Assembly (NCBI GenBank): GCA_951406725.2
Contig: OX597816.1
Location: 40,796,001 to 40,860,000, forward strand
Length of the DNA: 64,000 nt
Direction: 5' to 3'
DNA from: Octopus vulgaris
Taxonomy: Eukaryota
Both the position numbers and the translations under genes were made by a program. This document shows, one piece after another, positions 43,385-55,924 of this stretch. The stretch's first letter is position 1, and each line of letters starts with the position of its first letter. The notes below the pieces were generated by a model, which ran no database searches, was not told the origin of the DNA, and worked only from the letters and a program-made list of their open reading frames with translations.

Positions 43385-44227
43385 TCTGTTTGTATGTAAG
43401 TGTGCATATTAACTTGCAAGATTCTAAATCGTATCTTAATATTTCCTTACAATTCTCTAGCGTTGTTGAATATGCAATTTGTCGTAAGATTTTTAAAGGT
43501 TTTCTTCAAAATCTCACAGATTTATAGATTTATTTTCATAATTTTTGAAGGAAAAGATGCGAAAACATGAATCCCCCAAAATAAAAAAATATGTGAAAAA
43601 TAAGAAACGGTAAATGATGTTTCTGACTATGAAATTGTCGCAATTGTAATAATATATCGCCAAAAAAATTCTTGCAGTTTCTAATGCTGTTTTATTAATA
43701 TTCACACGAGCAATATACCATTTTTCTGGCTCGATTACTATACAGTTTTACTATATTTTTTCAGTTATCTTTTTCTCTTTCTTTCTCCCTCACAACCATA
43801 CATATCTGTATAATTATATACGCGGTGTGTTAATATCTTTTAACGTATGTGCGTGTGTATGAGTGAATGTATGTATACTGATGTTTATATGGTTTCCTCT
43901 GTAAACTGTAATACAAGATAAATATATTGAGTACTCACTTTGAGTAGTTGATTAACATAATATAGTTTCTCTTTGTTTTTGAAAAATCTCGACAATATTG
44001 CAGTATTTTTCGTGGGAAATTTAATTATCAGATGATATAATTGCAAAGCATTGTCATGAATATATACATGCTTGCACACAAACATCCCCCCACACATACA
44101 CTCTCTCTCTCTCTCTCTATCTCTCTCTCTTACACACACAGACACACACACGCACGCGCATACACACATGTATACATATATACACGTACAAATAATCATA
44201 CATACATGAGTTTATTTCTTAGTGATG

Positions 44228-44573
44228 CAAGCTACACACTGCGTTTTGTCACGGAGACCATATCTTGTGTGTTGACAAATGGTGTGTATACAACTAGATC
44301 AGCTTTCAGCGCCACCTATCTAAACTGTGAGATGCTAGCATTTCAGAGGAGGCAGTTGACGCTACGAGCTGATTAAAGAAATGGACACTCCTATGCTTTT
44401 CTCCGTAAGTAAAATACGGAGGCGTAGCATCGTCAGCCTAGTTTCTGTGATCGAATAGGAGATAACAACTCCGAAATGCTAGCATCGCACAGTCTAAGTG
44501 GGTGGCGCTGCAAGCAGATCTAGGCATAAACACACCATTTGTTAACAAGCGTCAAAACGTAGTGAGTAGCTTG
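44228..44573. mobile_element. MITE with about 110-bp imperfect terminal inverted repeats
   Basis: CAAGCTACACACTGCGTTTTG...CAAATGGTGTG...CAGCGCCACC...GATGCTAGCATTTC is mirrored at the right end. Confidence 0.8.
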
Positions 44574-44589
44574 TTCTACAGTTCGAACG

Positions 44590-44718
44590 TGCATAAAACA
44601 GAAGACAAGACAGGTGTATGTACGACAAGCCGGTGTATCAAATTTCCCGCTAGGAAATGTGAGAAAAGTCTTTTACGTTTCGAGCCTACGCTCTTGAACA
44701 GAAAAAATAAGAGAAATT
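44590..44718 (-). mobile_element. Short repeat with hammerhead-like motif
   Basis: Minus strand TTTT CTGTTCAA GAGC-GTAG-GCTC GAAA CG TA AAAGA; related to 54359-54480 and 49956-50012. Confidence 0.55.
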
Positions 44719-44770
44719 ATACACAGAGAGGGAGATAGATAGATAGATAAGTAGATAGATAGATAGATAA

Positions 44771-44804
<34 letters not shown>

Positions 44805-45015
44805 GTGTGGATATAGCGCTCAAATATGTATATGTTTGTGAATGTGCGTGCATGTATGTGTGTACAATTTGCCTGTGGCTTCAAAGTTTTGTATCGTAAA
44901 GTGAAACCTAAAATCATAGTCAAAACAATAAAAATACGCGTCATTAGGGTCTTTGCTTAATAAATATTGACTGTCATAGATTCCTTCATATACTGAGACA
45001 CAGACACACACATAA

Positions 45016-45066
<51 letters not shown>

Positions 45067-45096
45067 ATGGTGGGTTGAATTTTTCAACCCCTATCT

Positions 45097-45159
<63 letters not shown>

Positions 45160-45612
45160 CTTGTTTCGCTTGCCCACTCACTCGTATATGCATTATCTTG
45201 CCTATGAACGTTATTCACTGACGTTCATTACAAAGACACGCAGATGAAATCTGAAATAATAAAACTACATTGAAATTCAGTGATTGTTTCCCGAATTACC
45301 TTCATATACAAGCAGTGAATTAGCGAAAGGAGTGTGTATAAATGATTCTCAACGCGCAAGTGCCAGAAGCTGTGTAATTCAGATTGAGAGAATACCATTA
45401 ACTTAATAGATGGTGAACCTTTGAGTAACATCGCACAAGACTTTAAACTGTCATGAACTATAAAGACAATTAAGAAATATATTCACATTACGATTCATTT
45501 ATTTATTAATATATACTTGTACGAATGCGTTATGTAATTCTATTAGTTTTAATTTAGTGGGTGTCAAAACCCATATAAACAGTTCCTATGCTCACAGCTG
45601 TGTTTCATGTCA

Positions 45613-45752
45613 CAGGCGCAGCTAATAAGATGTTTGCTTCTCAACCACTTGGTTCCGAGTGCTATTCCGTTGCCTTACAACATCGGCAATTGTCGACTAT
45701 ATGCTCGGGCAAACCAAACATTTGAGAATATGTTTAGTAGAATGAAACTGAA
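45613..45752 (+). mobile_element. Degenerate SINE family B head
   Basis: AGGCGCAG...TTGCTTCTCAACCACTTGGTTCCG...TAGAATGAAACTGAA. Confidence 0.6.
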
Positions 45753-45754
45753 TG

Positions 45755-46055
45755 AAAAATAGCCGAAAATCTTCAAAAACCTCTTGCTACTTTTAATAGA
45801 ATTGTAGTGCAATTCAAAAGCCAAGGAAAATAATCAACAGTTTCTCGTACCGGCCGACCTGGGTCCTCGGAAAGGAAGCTTCGCTGTTTGCAGAGAATTG
45901 TGGAAAATGAACCCCATTCGAAGGCTTCTGGCATTTCAAAACAGCTTGAAGTTAGTGCAAGAATGTTTGTTAAATTATCTACATAAACTTGGGTATTATG
46001 AATGAGCAGTTAGAAGAAAACCTCCTTCAACCAATTAATATAGAATAAAAGATTT
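45755..46055 (+). pseudogene. Tc1-family transposase N-terminal (paired HTH) remnant
   Basis: Manual translation: [67 protein letters not shown] / YLHKLGYYE*AVRRKP (GRP linker and RRKP typical of Tc1). Confidence 0.75.
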
Positions 46056-46121
46056 TGAAAATTGAAGGTGTCTGTTTACTTCCTGCATGTCTGTATATAT
46101 ATACATATACATATATATATA

Positions 46122-46187
<66 letters not shown>

Positions 46188-46194
46188 TGTGTGT

Positions 46195-46241
<47 letters not shown>

Positions 46242-47559
46242 CAATGGAGAAATCTACTTCTTAATTATAAGAAATTTCTTGGAACATGAATTTATGAAAA
46301 CATTTCCACACGGTCAAGCCTTTAATTGCTTTGTTTTACTAAAAGAGACGTTAACAGTCTGGAAATTAAAAAAAAAAAAAAATACGTAAGAAATTTCCAG
46401 TAATTACGATTTCTGAATTTTATTGAATATTTGAACTACAAGTTTTTCACCGAATTACGTATTCGTTACATTCACTGCGAGAAGATTTAATAAACCATAT
46501 TAATTCGTTGCAGGCGAAATTTTCCGTTTTTATTTGCAACAGTCTTTCACTTTCTCCCGCCTCTGTTTTCATTAATGAGAATTTGATATATATTCATTCG
46601 AAGTTTTAATCCGCGGCATTTTGTCGCTTGAACCTGCACACGTCATTCATTCCTGTAATTTTTATTTATTCATTTACATTTAGCGCGCCGTGTTCACATA
46701 TATTTATTGGTAGTTGGTCAAACACGCAGAACTGTGTTTTTGTATGTACGTTTGTATACACTTATGTACGTGTGAATGATTTTCTGTGTATGTACATATA
46801 TAAACACATATGCATACATTTTTATAGGTATGTATGTGTGAGAGAGAGAGAGAGAGAAGGATTTTTAAGTGGCAATCTCTCTTTCTCTCACACACACATA
46901 CTACACAAACATGCAAAATGATGTATGCATGTTTACTTTGTATGTACTTATACATGACAACACACCTTTCACTCATTCACTCGCACTCTCTCTTCTCACG
47001 CACAAACACACACGCACGACCATTTCATATACATGTACATATATCCTTCACTTCTTTCGCTTAGAAACAAAATTGAATAAATAACAAATCCTTACGGAAA
47101 TTAACGAACAGAACCAGCTGTTCATTTTGGCAAATTAAAGATAGATTACAAATACAATAAATTATTGAAAGTGATATTTACTAAGCGAGTGAGATATTTT
47201 TTAAATTGAAGTATTCAGGAAATTTTATTTTTTGAACTTCCTTTCATTATTGAGTATTTCATGTTCACAAATTTAAATATTCGGTACGAACATCTCTTTA
47301 CATGACTTTTTCATTTCGTGTTTATATCAAATATTGTTTCAAATGCTATCTCTTTCTCATACACACACTGTCTCTGTAATATAAAAACAAACACACTTCA
47401 GGTTTGATTTCTTAATTGTACAAATATAACATAAGAATTTTGCAATTCAACATGGGACATAGCAAACAATATGTAACTGAAAATAGCGATGTGAATATAT
47501 TATCACGTGGCTAGAAGAGAACAGCCAGGAGGGCGGATGTCTGCTGGTATATTATATAT

Positions 47560-47635
<76 letters not shown>

Positions 47636-48351
47636 TATTATAAAAGGCAGATTTTATCTGCCTCCCTTTGTCTCTTATAGAAATCTACAATATAGGATTT
47701 CTTCAATTACAATTTACCTAGCATTTGTAAGAGTAGAATGCATCGGGTCGTGCCAGGTCCAGTTTTTAAAATTTCAACCCCAATTAAGCAAAATTTAGAG
47801 AAAACTCACATTGTGGTGTGTAAGTCAAGTGCTTTTCTTAGTGTGGGCTAGAGCATACGCACACACACAAAAACGGAGCGATCTGATTCACTCACGCTAT
47901 CACTCTAATTTCTACTACTTTCTCTTTGCAAGTGTGCAACGATTAAAGTGAAACTATTTAGCAAACAGAAACAAATAAATACATAACGATTTACTCCTCA
48001 CACAATTTCTTCAATTAGAGTTTACCCATGATTTTTCAAAGTACTTCCATTGGGTCATGCCATACAAAATTTCTTTCAATTTTACCCCCAATTAAGACAA
48101 AATTCGAGAAAACTCAATATTTTAACATTTCACTCCGAAAGCATTGATGTACATGTGTGCGTGCGTGAGTGTGTGTGTGTTTGATGGGATTCACTCTTTC
48201 ACTCTGCATTCCCACTTCCTCTTTACACACATAGACACGCAAATATATAAATAAAATTATAAGCTAACGTGTGTGTGTGTGTGCGCGCGTGTGTGTGAGT
48301 GTGTGTGTGTGAGGGTGCGTGTGTGTGTGTGCGTGTGTGACAGGAAAGTTT

Positions 48352-49078
48352 TTTAAATGTATTTATATATTCATCTATACACAGATGTATGTATAATGTA
48401 TGTGTATATATTTCCATAGAGGTAACCATTCACTCCGCACAAAGTTTTTTAGGACGAAAATAACATCTAAACTTATCTCTAAGTAGCAGTCGCCCAAAAG
48501 TGTATATAGACACACACATGTATGTATAATGTGTGTGTATATATTTCCATAGAGGTAACCATTTACTCCATACAAAGTTATTTAGGACGAATTGGACGAA
48601 TATAAGATCTAAAGTATATCCAAGTAGCAGAAAGATCGCCCAAAAGTGTATATAGATATTTAAATGCATTTATATATTCATCTATACACACATGTATGTA
48701 TAATGTGTGTGTATATATTTCCATAGAGGTAACCATTCACTCCGCACAAAGTTTTTTTAGGACGAAAATAACATCTAAAGTTATCTCTAAGTAGCAGTCG
48801 CCCAAAAGTGTATATAGACACACACATGTATGTATAATGTGTGTGTATATATTTCCATAGAGGTAACCATTCACTCCATACAAAGTTATTTAGGACGAAT
48901 TGGATGAATATAAGATCTAAAATATATCCAAGTAGTAGAAAGATCGCCCAAAAGTGTATATAGATATTTAAATGTATTTATATATTCATCTATACACAGA
49001 TGTATGTATAATGTGTGTGTATATATTTCCATAGAGGTAACCATTCACTCCGCACAAAGTTTTTTAGGACGGACGAAA
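48352..49078. repeat. Higher-order tandem repeat (about 307-bp period; alternating ~133 and ~174 bp subunits)
   Basis: TTTCCATAGAGGTAACC recurs at about 48411, 48544, 48718, 48852 and 49026. Confidence 0.9.
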
Positions 49079-49327
49079 ATCTTTATATATAAAAGAAAGG
49101 TTGTGTGTCTGTCTACTCCGATTTAGATTCCTAACTACTCCCACATTTTGCGATGCAGTTTAACCAAAACCGAGTATCTTATAGTCGTGATTCATATCGA
49201 GCCCTTCTGGGTATTAGCGCGCGTCTACGATGAGTCTACGATTTTACAAATAATTTACCATCATTTTCTCCCATTTTAATGCATATTTTTTAAATAAAGG
49301 GAAGTAACTCTCAAACTTCACATCAAT

Positions 49328-49849
49328 ATGCGTGCTCATATGCGACGTAATATCACATCAGCAGCATTTCCTCACACCCTCCTTGCACTTGGCGAAGGCA
49401 AAATACCAGGGGACGAAAATAGTAATATTGCCATCGATTCAATTTGTACCATTGTTAAGACGCCTTCTGATCTCAGAGATGCAGTGTTCCAAGATCTACA
49501 AGCTAATTATCAGAATATGGATTGGATTGGCCAAAAGGCTATACTGGCCCCGAGGAATAAAACTGTTTACCATATTAATGATGAAATGCTAAAACTCATT
49601 CCTGGGGAAGTCTATGTATATCAGTATATCAATACAACTCCTGACCCACAGGACGTCATCAACTATCCAATAGAGGTACTCAATTCCTTTGAGCACCCCG
49701 GACTAACACCACACATTCTCAAACTTAAAGTCGGTGCCCCTATAATGCTCATCAGAAATTTGGTTTCCCCAAAACAATGCAATGGCACACGTTTGATCGT
49801 TAAGTCCTTATCTCCCAGCGTAAACTTATATCAATATTTGCCTGAATAA
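49328..49849 (+). pseudogene. Helitron RepHel PIF1-type helicase fragment
   Basis: AILAPRN, YPIEVLNS, PHILKLKVGAPIMLIRNL and CNGTRL motifs. Confidence 0.9.
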
Positions 49850-49924
49850 TCATCATAATTCAGTGCAATCATTAACAGTACTTTCAAGCAATTCAGCCCC
49901 GAGCAACGCCGGGCAATTCTGCTA

Positions 49925-49958
<34 letters not shown>

Positions 49959-50268
49959 AGAATTTACAAAAAGACAAATGACAGGTGGTCTACACAACAA
50001 ACAGATGTGTAGTGGCTATATAGATATATAGGTATAGATACATCTATACATATATGTATATATGTTGCAGCACGGATTTTTGTCAGTGAACAGGTTGCTC
50101 TCTTAAAGCGACGAAAATATATATTGACAAATTAAACTTAAATGTTGAAGTGAATCGAACGTCTATTGTGTGTTTCTTAAATGGCTTACAAACACCTTCC
50201 ACGCTGCAATTGTTTTCGTTTCAGCACACGATCTCAGATCAAATCACTTGCTATGCAAGTACATCTCC

Positions 50269-50299
<31 letters not shown>

Positions 50300-50444
50300 G
50301 GGTGTGTGAGAATATAATATATATGATACAATTCTCCACAAGTTGATAGTCGTTTCTGAAACGTTTGTACGACGGATTCATCTCTATCATCTACATGAAG
50401 CTTAACAGCGACAACCTAAATGAAAAACTTTCGTTATTCATAGT

Positions 50445-50765
50445 ACAATTTTAGCAGCTTTTTTCAAACTAGCCGACGACGGGTATTTTTGCTAGAGTCT
50501 AGAGACAAGAATTATCTCCTTTAGACCCTTATAATAAAATATCTCGCTTAGAGCATTCATATTTTTTTATGAACTAAATAAGTACATATTGGAAAAAAGC
50601 TAGTAAGTCCCTTCGGATGGCCGCTAGAGATTATCTTGTCTTGGTCGTGAAATCTTACACAAGAATTAGCTAATAATTTTTAAATAATTTCTGTACTATT
50701 TCAGCAATAAGTTAACTAACACACACATACAATCATTTTTATTATATAAGATACATATATGTAAA

Positions 50766-50809
<44 letters not shown>

Positions 50810-51160
50810 GGTCCCGGGTTGAGTCGGGGTTAACCACAGTAAATAAGGTACTCAATACATAGCAGAGTAAATTAATTTATTATATAGAAGGAGCTTCTAC
50901 AGGACTAGAACTGTTTCATTCAAAAGAAATCATCAGGAAGCTAGTAGACAAGAGTTGTTTTGGCATTTATACATTTAGGCAGGTTTAAATGGGTGGTGGT
51001 GGGGGACTTTTTTGGGGGTAGGCATGGCGCAAAACAGTCATTATTTGGGGAGTGGTCAAAGGAATCAGTGGTAAAGTAGATAAAAGAATAAATAAAAGAA
51101 TAAAAGAATAAATAGAAAAATAGAGTTTTAGGTAAGCAAGGAGACTCTCACTTGTACATC

Positions 51161-51199
<39 letters not shown>

Positions 51200-51554
51200 C
51201 CACATATTCACACATATCTATATATATACATACATACCCACACATACATACATATATATACACATACATATACATACATATATACATATATATACATACA
51301 TATACACACACCCATACACACACAATTTTAGCAGCTTTTTTCAAACTAGCCGACGACGGGTATTTTTGCTAGAGTCTAGAGACAAGAATTATCTCCTTTA
51401 GTCCCTTATAATAAAATATCTCGCTTAGAGCATTCATGTTTTTTATGAACTAAATAAGTACATATTGGAAAAAAGCTAGTAAGTCCCTTCGGATGGCCGC
51501 TAGAGATTATCTTGTCTTGGTCGTGAAATCTTACACAAGAATTAGCTAATAATT
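50445..51554. repeat. About 233-bp near-identical direct duplication (50445-50678 and 51322-51554)
   Basis: Base-by-base match with only a few differences. Confidence 0.92.
50892..50942 (-). ncRNA. Type I hammerhead ribozyme with canonical core, in a short TA-flanked insert (50808-51160)
   Basis: Minus strand AGCTTC CTGATGA TTTC-TTTT-GAAT GAAA CAG-TTCTAGTC-CTG TA GAAGCT. Confidence 0.82.
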
Positions 51555-51644
51555 ATATATACATACACACACACACACATATATATATATATGTATATAT
51601 ATATATTTACATATATATGTATATATACATAGGTATTTGCATTT

Positions 51645-52403
51645 ATATTTATTTTAATTTTATCTAGTTTCAGCTCACGAGCTGTCGCCATGCTGGGGCA
51701 CCGCCGTTTGGTGTTGCTACATGATATTACTTCACGAATGCTGTTTAGCAACTGCCATTTGGTGCATGAGCGAGTTCGATGCAGCTGCCCTCATCTGCAC
51801 CTCCTGCCGTGAAGTTGGTTCATATGGGACACCTGACAGGAAGAGATCCAGTTTTATTTTTAAGACATCTGCATCCACCCCATGCAGGTCTCTCAGGTTC
51901 TTCGGGAGGATATTGAAGAGCTGTGGGCCTCTGAAGCCCAGGCTATCACAGTATCTTGTCTTATATCTTGATGGCAAATTTGGAGTCCTTGGCACCATGC
52001 AGTGGCGCCCAGTTCTAGTATTTGTGTAACTCTCGATGTCAAAGTTTGGGACAAGTCCTTCTAGGATCTTCCAGATGTATATTATGGCATATCTTTCTCG
52101 CCTACGCTCTAAGGAATAGAGTCTTAATCTCTTGAGTTTTTCCCAGTAGCTTATATGCTGCACAGAGGCTATGTTCTTCGTGTAGCTTCGTTGGATCGCC
52201 TCAAGTTCTGTGATTAACTTGATACTGGATGGTGACCATAGCTGAGAGCAATAGTCAAAGTGGCCTAGGATAAGGGTCCTCCAGAGGACCATCATGGTTT
52301 CCTGGTCTTTCGTTCTAAAGGTTCTAAGAATCCATCCGGTCAGCCGCCTATATTTCATTGCCAATTTAGCAACATGCACGTGAAAGGTTGCATCATCACT
52401 CAT
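51645..52403 (-). mobile_element. CR1/L2-group LINE 3' end
   Basis: ORF 51732-52403 (HFDYCSQLWSP, LEAIQR, YWEKLKRLRLYSLERRR); 3' tail GGCGGTGCCCCAGCATGGCGACAGCTCGTGAGCTGAAACTAGATAAA. Confidence 0.9.
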
Positions 52404-52443
52404 GTATATATATATATATATTTATGTATCTATATACATATAT

Positions 52444-52516
<73 letters not shown>

Positions 52517-52546
52517 CATACATATGTATGTTAATGTATTGCATAT

Positions 52547-52960
52547 AGGTGCAGGAGTGGCTGTATGGTAAGTAGCTTGCATACCAGCCACATAGTTCTC
52601 GGTTCAGTCCTACTGCGTGCCACCTTCGGCAAGTGTCTTCTACCATAGCCTCGGGCCGACCAAAGCCTTGTGAGTGGATTTGGTAGACGGAAACTGAAAG
52701 AATCTCGTCGTATATGTATATATGCATATGACTGTCTGTATGTGTGTGTCCGTATTTGTCTGTGAGTTTGTTTGTCCCCGACCATCGCTTGACAACCGAT
52801 GTTGGTGAGTTTACATCCCAGTAACTTAGCGGTTCGGCAAAAGTGCCCTTTAGTAAGTATCAGGCTTACAAAGAATAAGTCCTGGGGTCGATTTGTTCGA
52901 CTAAAGGTTGTGCTCCAGGATGGCCGCTGTCAAATAACAGAACCAAAAGAATAAAAGAAT
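52547..52960 (+). mobile_element. Full-length SINE family B
   Basis: A/B-box head, central microsatellite, tail GTGCTCCAGGATGGCCGCTGTC..AAAAGAATAAAAGAATA. Confidence 0.9.
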
Positions 52961-53005
52961 ATCTCTCTGTCTCTCTGTCTCTCTGTCTCTCTCTCTGTCT
53001 CTCTG

Positions 53006-53047
<42 letters not shown>

Positions 53048-53581
53048 CATGTGTACATATATTTTATTCGTATACACACACACATATGCATTAACGTAGT
53101 TCTGTATGGGACAGCCATTTGGAAGTGGCAAAAAACATTACTTTCCAATATTGTTTCTACTTACATCTGTTATAGACATTTTAGAATTAGCTACTTTGTC
53201 TCTTTTCCTCTATGTTCCGAGCTAGGACGAACGACTGACATGTCTAGCACACAGGTGACCATTGGTGAGGAAGGGAAATACCCTGAAAACACCGGTGCAC
53301 TGGTCCTGTCAAACTGCTTGATAGTGGGGGCTCGCTCCCCTACTCATAATATATCGGACACAGGTGGTATCATTAACCAGCTGGAGAAGATATTCTCCTG
53401 CTGTTACAGAAATTGTTGTAACGTTGTTCCGTATGAACACCCATGTTGATGAGGCCACAAACATTACTTGTCAATATTGTTGACCGCAAACGCCGCCCGG
53501 AGCCCCGCGGTGACCGCTACCTTCCGTTCCCTCGTCTACGGCGGTGCATCAGCATGGCCGCAGCTCTGAGCTGAAACTACA

Positions 53582-53618
<37 letters not shown>

Positions 53619-53766
53619 TCAGCATATTTCAGCCTCAGATTTTTTCACTGTTTGCAGCGTGGCTTCAGGTATATCTCAATTATGCATTGTTATAAAACCG
53701 CCTAATAAAGGCCCGAAACATATGTACCGATAAATCCTTTGAATCATGTTTTTATTTTGATTAATA

Positions 53767-53799
<33 letters not shown>

Positions 53800-53801
<2 letters not shown>

Positions 53802-53996
53802 GGTCCCGGGTTGATTCGGGGTTAACCACAGTAAATAAGGTACTCAATACATAGCAGAGTAAAATTAATTTATTATATAGAAGGAGCTTCTACAGGACCA
53901 GAACTGTTTCATTCAAGAGAAATCATCAGGAAGCACCTGATGATTTCTCTTGAATGAAACAGTTCTAGTCCTGTAGAAGCTCCTTCTATATAATAA

Positions 53997-54000
<4 letters not shown>
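53800..54000. ncRNA. Back-to-back inverted hammerhead pair (fold-back of the 50808 family)
   Basis: Minus-strand motif at 53885-53934 and plus-strand CTGATGA TTTC-TCTT-GAAT GAAA CAG..CTG TA GAAGCT at 53937-53981; palindrome 53868-53998. Confidence 0.8.
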
Positions 54001-54053
<53 letters not shown>

Positions 54054-54201
54054 TCTCGCAATGAAGTCGATTTGAACATTTAAACCGTTTAAACCTCGCA
54101 GGCAGAACTCTGCTATTGCTGCAGTCTGACGACTGAAAGAACCAAAGGAGAATAGTGCACTAACATTTCCATATTCCGTTTTTTTTCTTGATGGCAGAGA
54201 A

Positions 54202-54490
54202 TACGAGGGTGTGGGTGGGGCCTGAAAAGTTCTTGGCTTCGGGCAAAATATAACAAACGATGATAAGTTAATTATGATTTTAATCAGCATATTTCCTCCT
54301 CAGATTCGTTCACTGATTGCAGCGTCGCTTCAGGTTTTCTAACCCCTGTAAATGAACTCTGTGGAAAAACGTAGGCTCGAAACGTTAAAGACTTTATCAC
54401 TTCCCGAGCGTTAAACTAATACATCTGTTTGTTGTCTACACCACCTGTCTTCGTCTTCTGGTTTTTTTTTTGTGAATTATGTCCCCTATC

Positions 54491-54532
<42 letters not shown>

Positions 54533-54708
54533 GTGTAGAGGGCGTAAATCGATTACATCGACCCCAATTCTGAATTGGTACTTGATTTATCGACACTGAG
54601 GGGATGAAAGGCAAAGTTAACCCCTGTAAATGAACTCGGAGGTTTAAGCCTCCAATCAGGCCTTTCGTGAGACACTGTAAGCCAGAAACTTTTCAGCCAC
54701 CCCTCATA
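54202..54708. mobile_element. Mariner-type MITE interrupted by an insertion with a 20-bp duplication
   Basis: TACGAGGG..CTGAAAAGTTCTTGGCTT and AAGCCAGAAACTTTTCAG..CCCTCATA termini; TAACCCCTGTAAATGAACTC at 54340-54359 and 54618-54637. Confidence 0.75.
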
Positions 54709-55924
54709 TATCGCATTAGTCATAATAAATTCTTCTTGCTGCTTCTTTTCTATCTCACGTATCTACATGATTTTGATGATCGCTATAAACCTGAATATGA
54801 TAATAATGCTAATAATCACCACTGACGTATAAATTGTGGTAACATATAGTCTGCCTATCAACGTTGACTTCACTTAAATCTGGAATTCATATGTGCATAT
54901 TGTGTAGAATAATGTTATGTCGTAAGATTATCTACTTAATCATCCTGTCGGGTAGTAATATGTATCTAATTAAGCATGAATCATCTAGAAAATGAGTGAT
55001 GAGTAACATTATATTCATAAAACTACTAGGCTATAGACATAGCCGGAAACATACATATTTCGCAGATATGCAATTATGATACATAATACTGAAGATCATT
55101 ATAAGATATTTCATGTGCTGCTTAAGACTTTGAAAAAATAAGTAAAGAAACAAGAAAGATTTTCAAATATGACTAAGGTTGCATTCATATTAGTCACTGC
55201 TATTTATTGTATGCTGAAATCTACTATCAATTATTAATATTTCGTCTGTGTAATTTTATATTCTCTAACCAAGCATATTTACGTTCAAAGTTCGTGGCAA
55301 TTGAGGAGCTTGTACCACTACTTCATTTTAGGAGCTCTTTACTTACTTAACATGATGCACTACGATTTTAGATGCATTTTGATACTATTTGCTGCAAGAT
55401 TGTATTGTATTGGCATCCTTTCTGCAATGCTGCAAGAAATAATAAAAGATTCCCTCCATGGCTTATGTAAATAATATTAGCATAAATTTTGATCCAATCG
55501 CTTCGAGTATTACTATTCTTAATATTCATTTATACGCACACATATTTGCCAATATGACTGTGTGTAAAATAATAGTATCATTCTTTTTACTAAAGAGATA
55601 TGTGATGGCATTTCTTTTCAGTTAGCGAGTCCAAAATTATTTTCGTCCAATTTTATACCGATCATTGAACAGAAACTGCATTATGCTTTAATCCAGTCCT
55701 TCAAGAAGTATGATTGATATTACAACGGAAAGCTTTTCAAAATGGCGGAACATGATTCTATCCCGTAATGGATGTAGAGATAAATGAAGTAATAAGCAAT
55801 TCCAACGAGTAGTGACCACGTTTATAGTTTTTAACTATATTGTTTATATGATAAAATGTTTCACACGGGTGGGTTTATGTTGATTATAAAATGAGATGAT
55901 AAATTACAATGATTAAAATATTGA

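Larger units (their letters stand above)
47633..49925 (+). mobile_element. Composite non-autonomous Helitron
   Basis: A|TCTTATTATAAAAG 5' end; 3' hairpin GCCCCGAGCAACGCCGGGC then CTAG|T; inserted in (TA)n; second 5'-like end at 49080. Confidence 0.85.

Noticed and set aside
48352-49078. Regularly spaced repeats resembling a CRISPR array
   Set aside because: The intervening sequences are themselves repeated; eukaryotic Helitron interior, no cas genes.
49328-49849. Host PIF1 helicase gene
   Set aside because: Fragment only, lying between Helitron termini.
53690-53730. GGCCCGAAACATATGTACCG as a hammerhead 3' half
   Set aside because: A palindromic stem III is present but there is no recognisable core or stem I partner; too degenerate to call.
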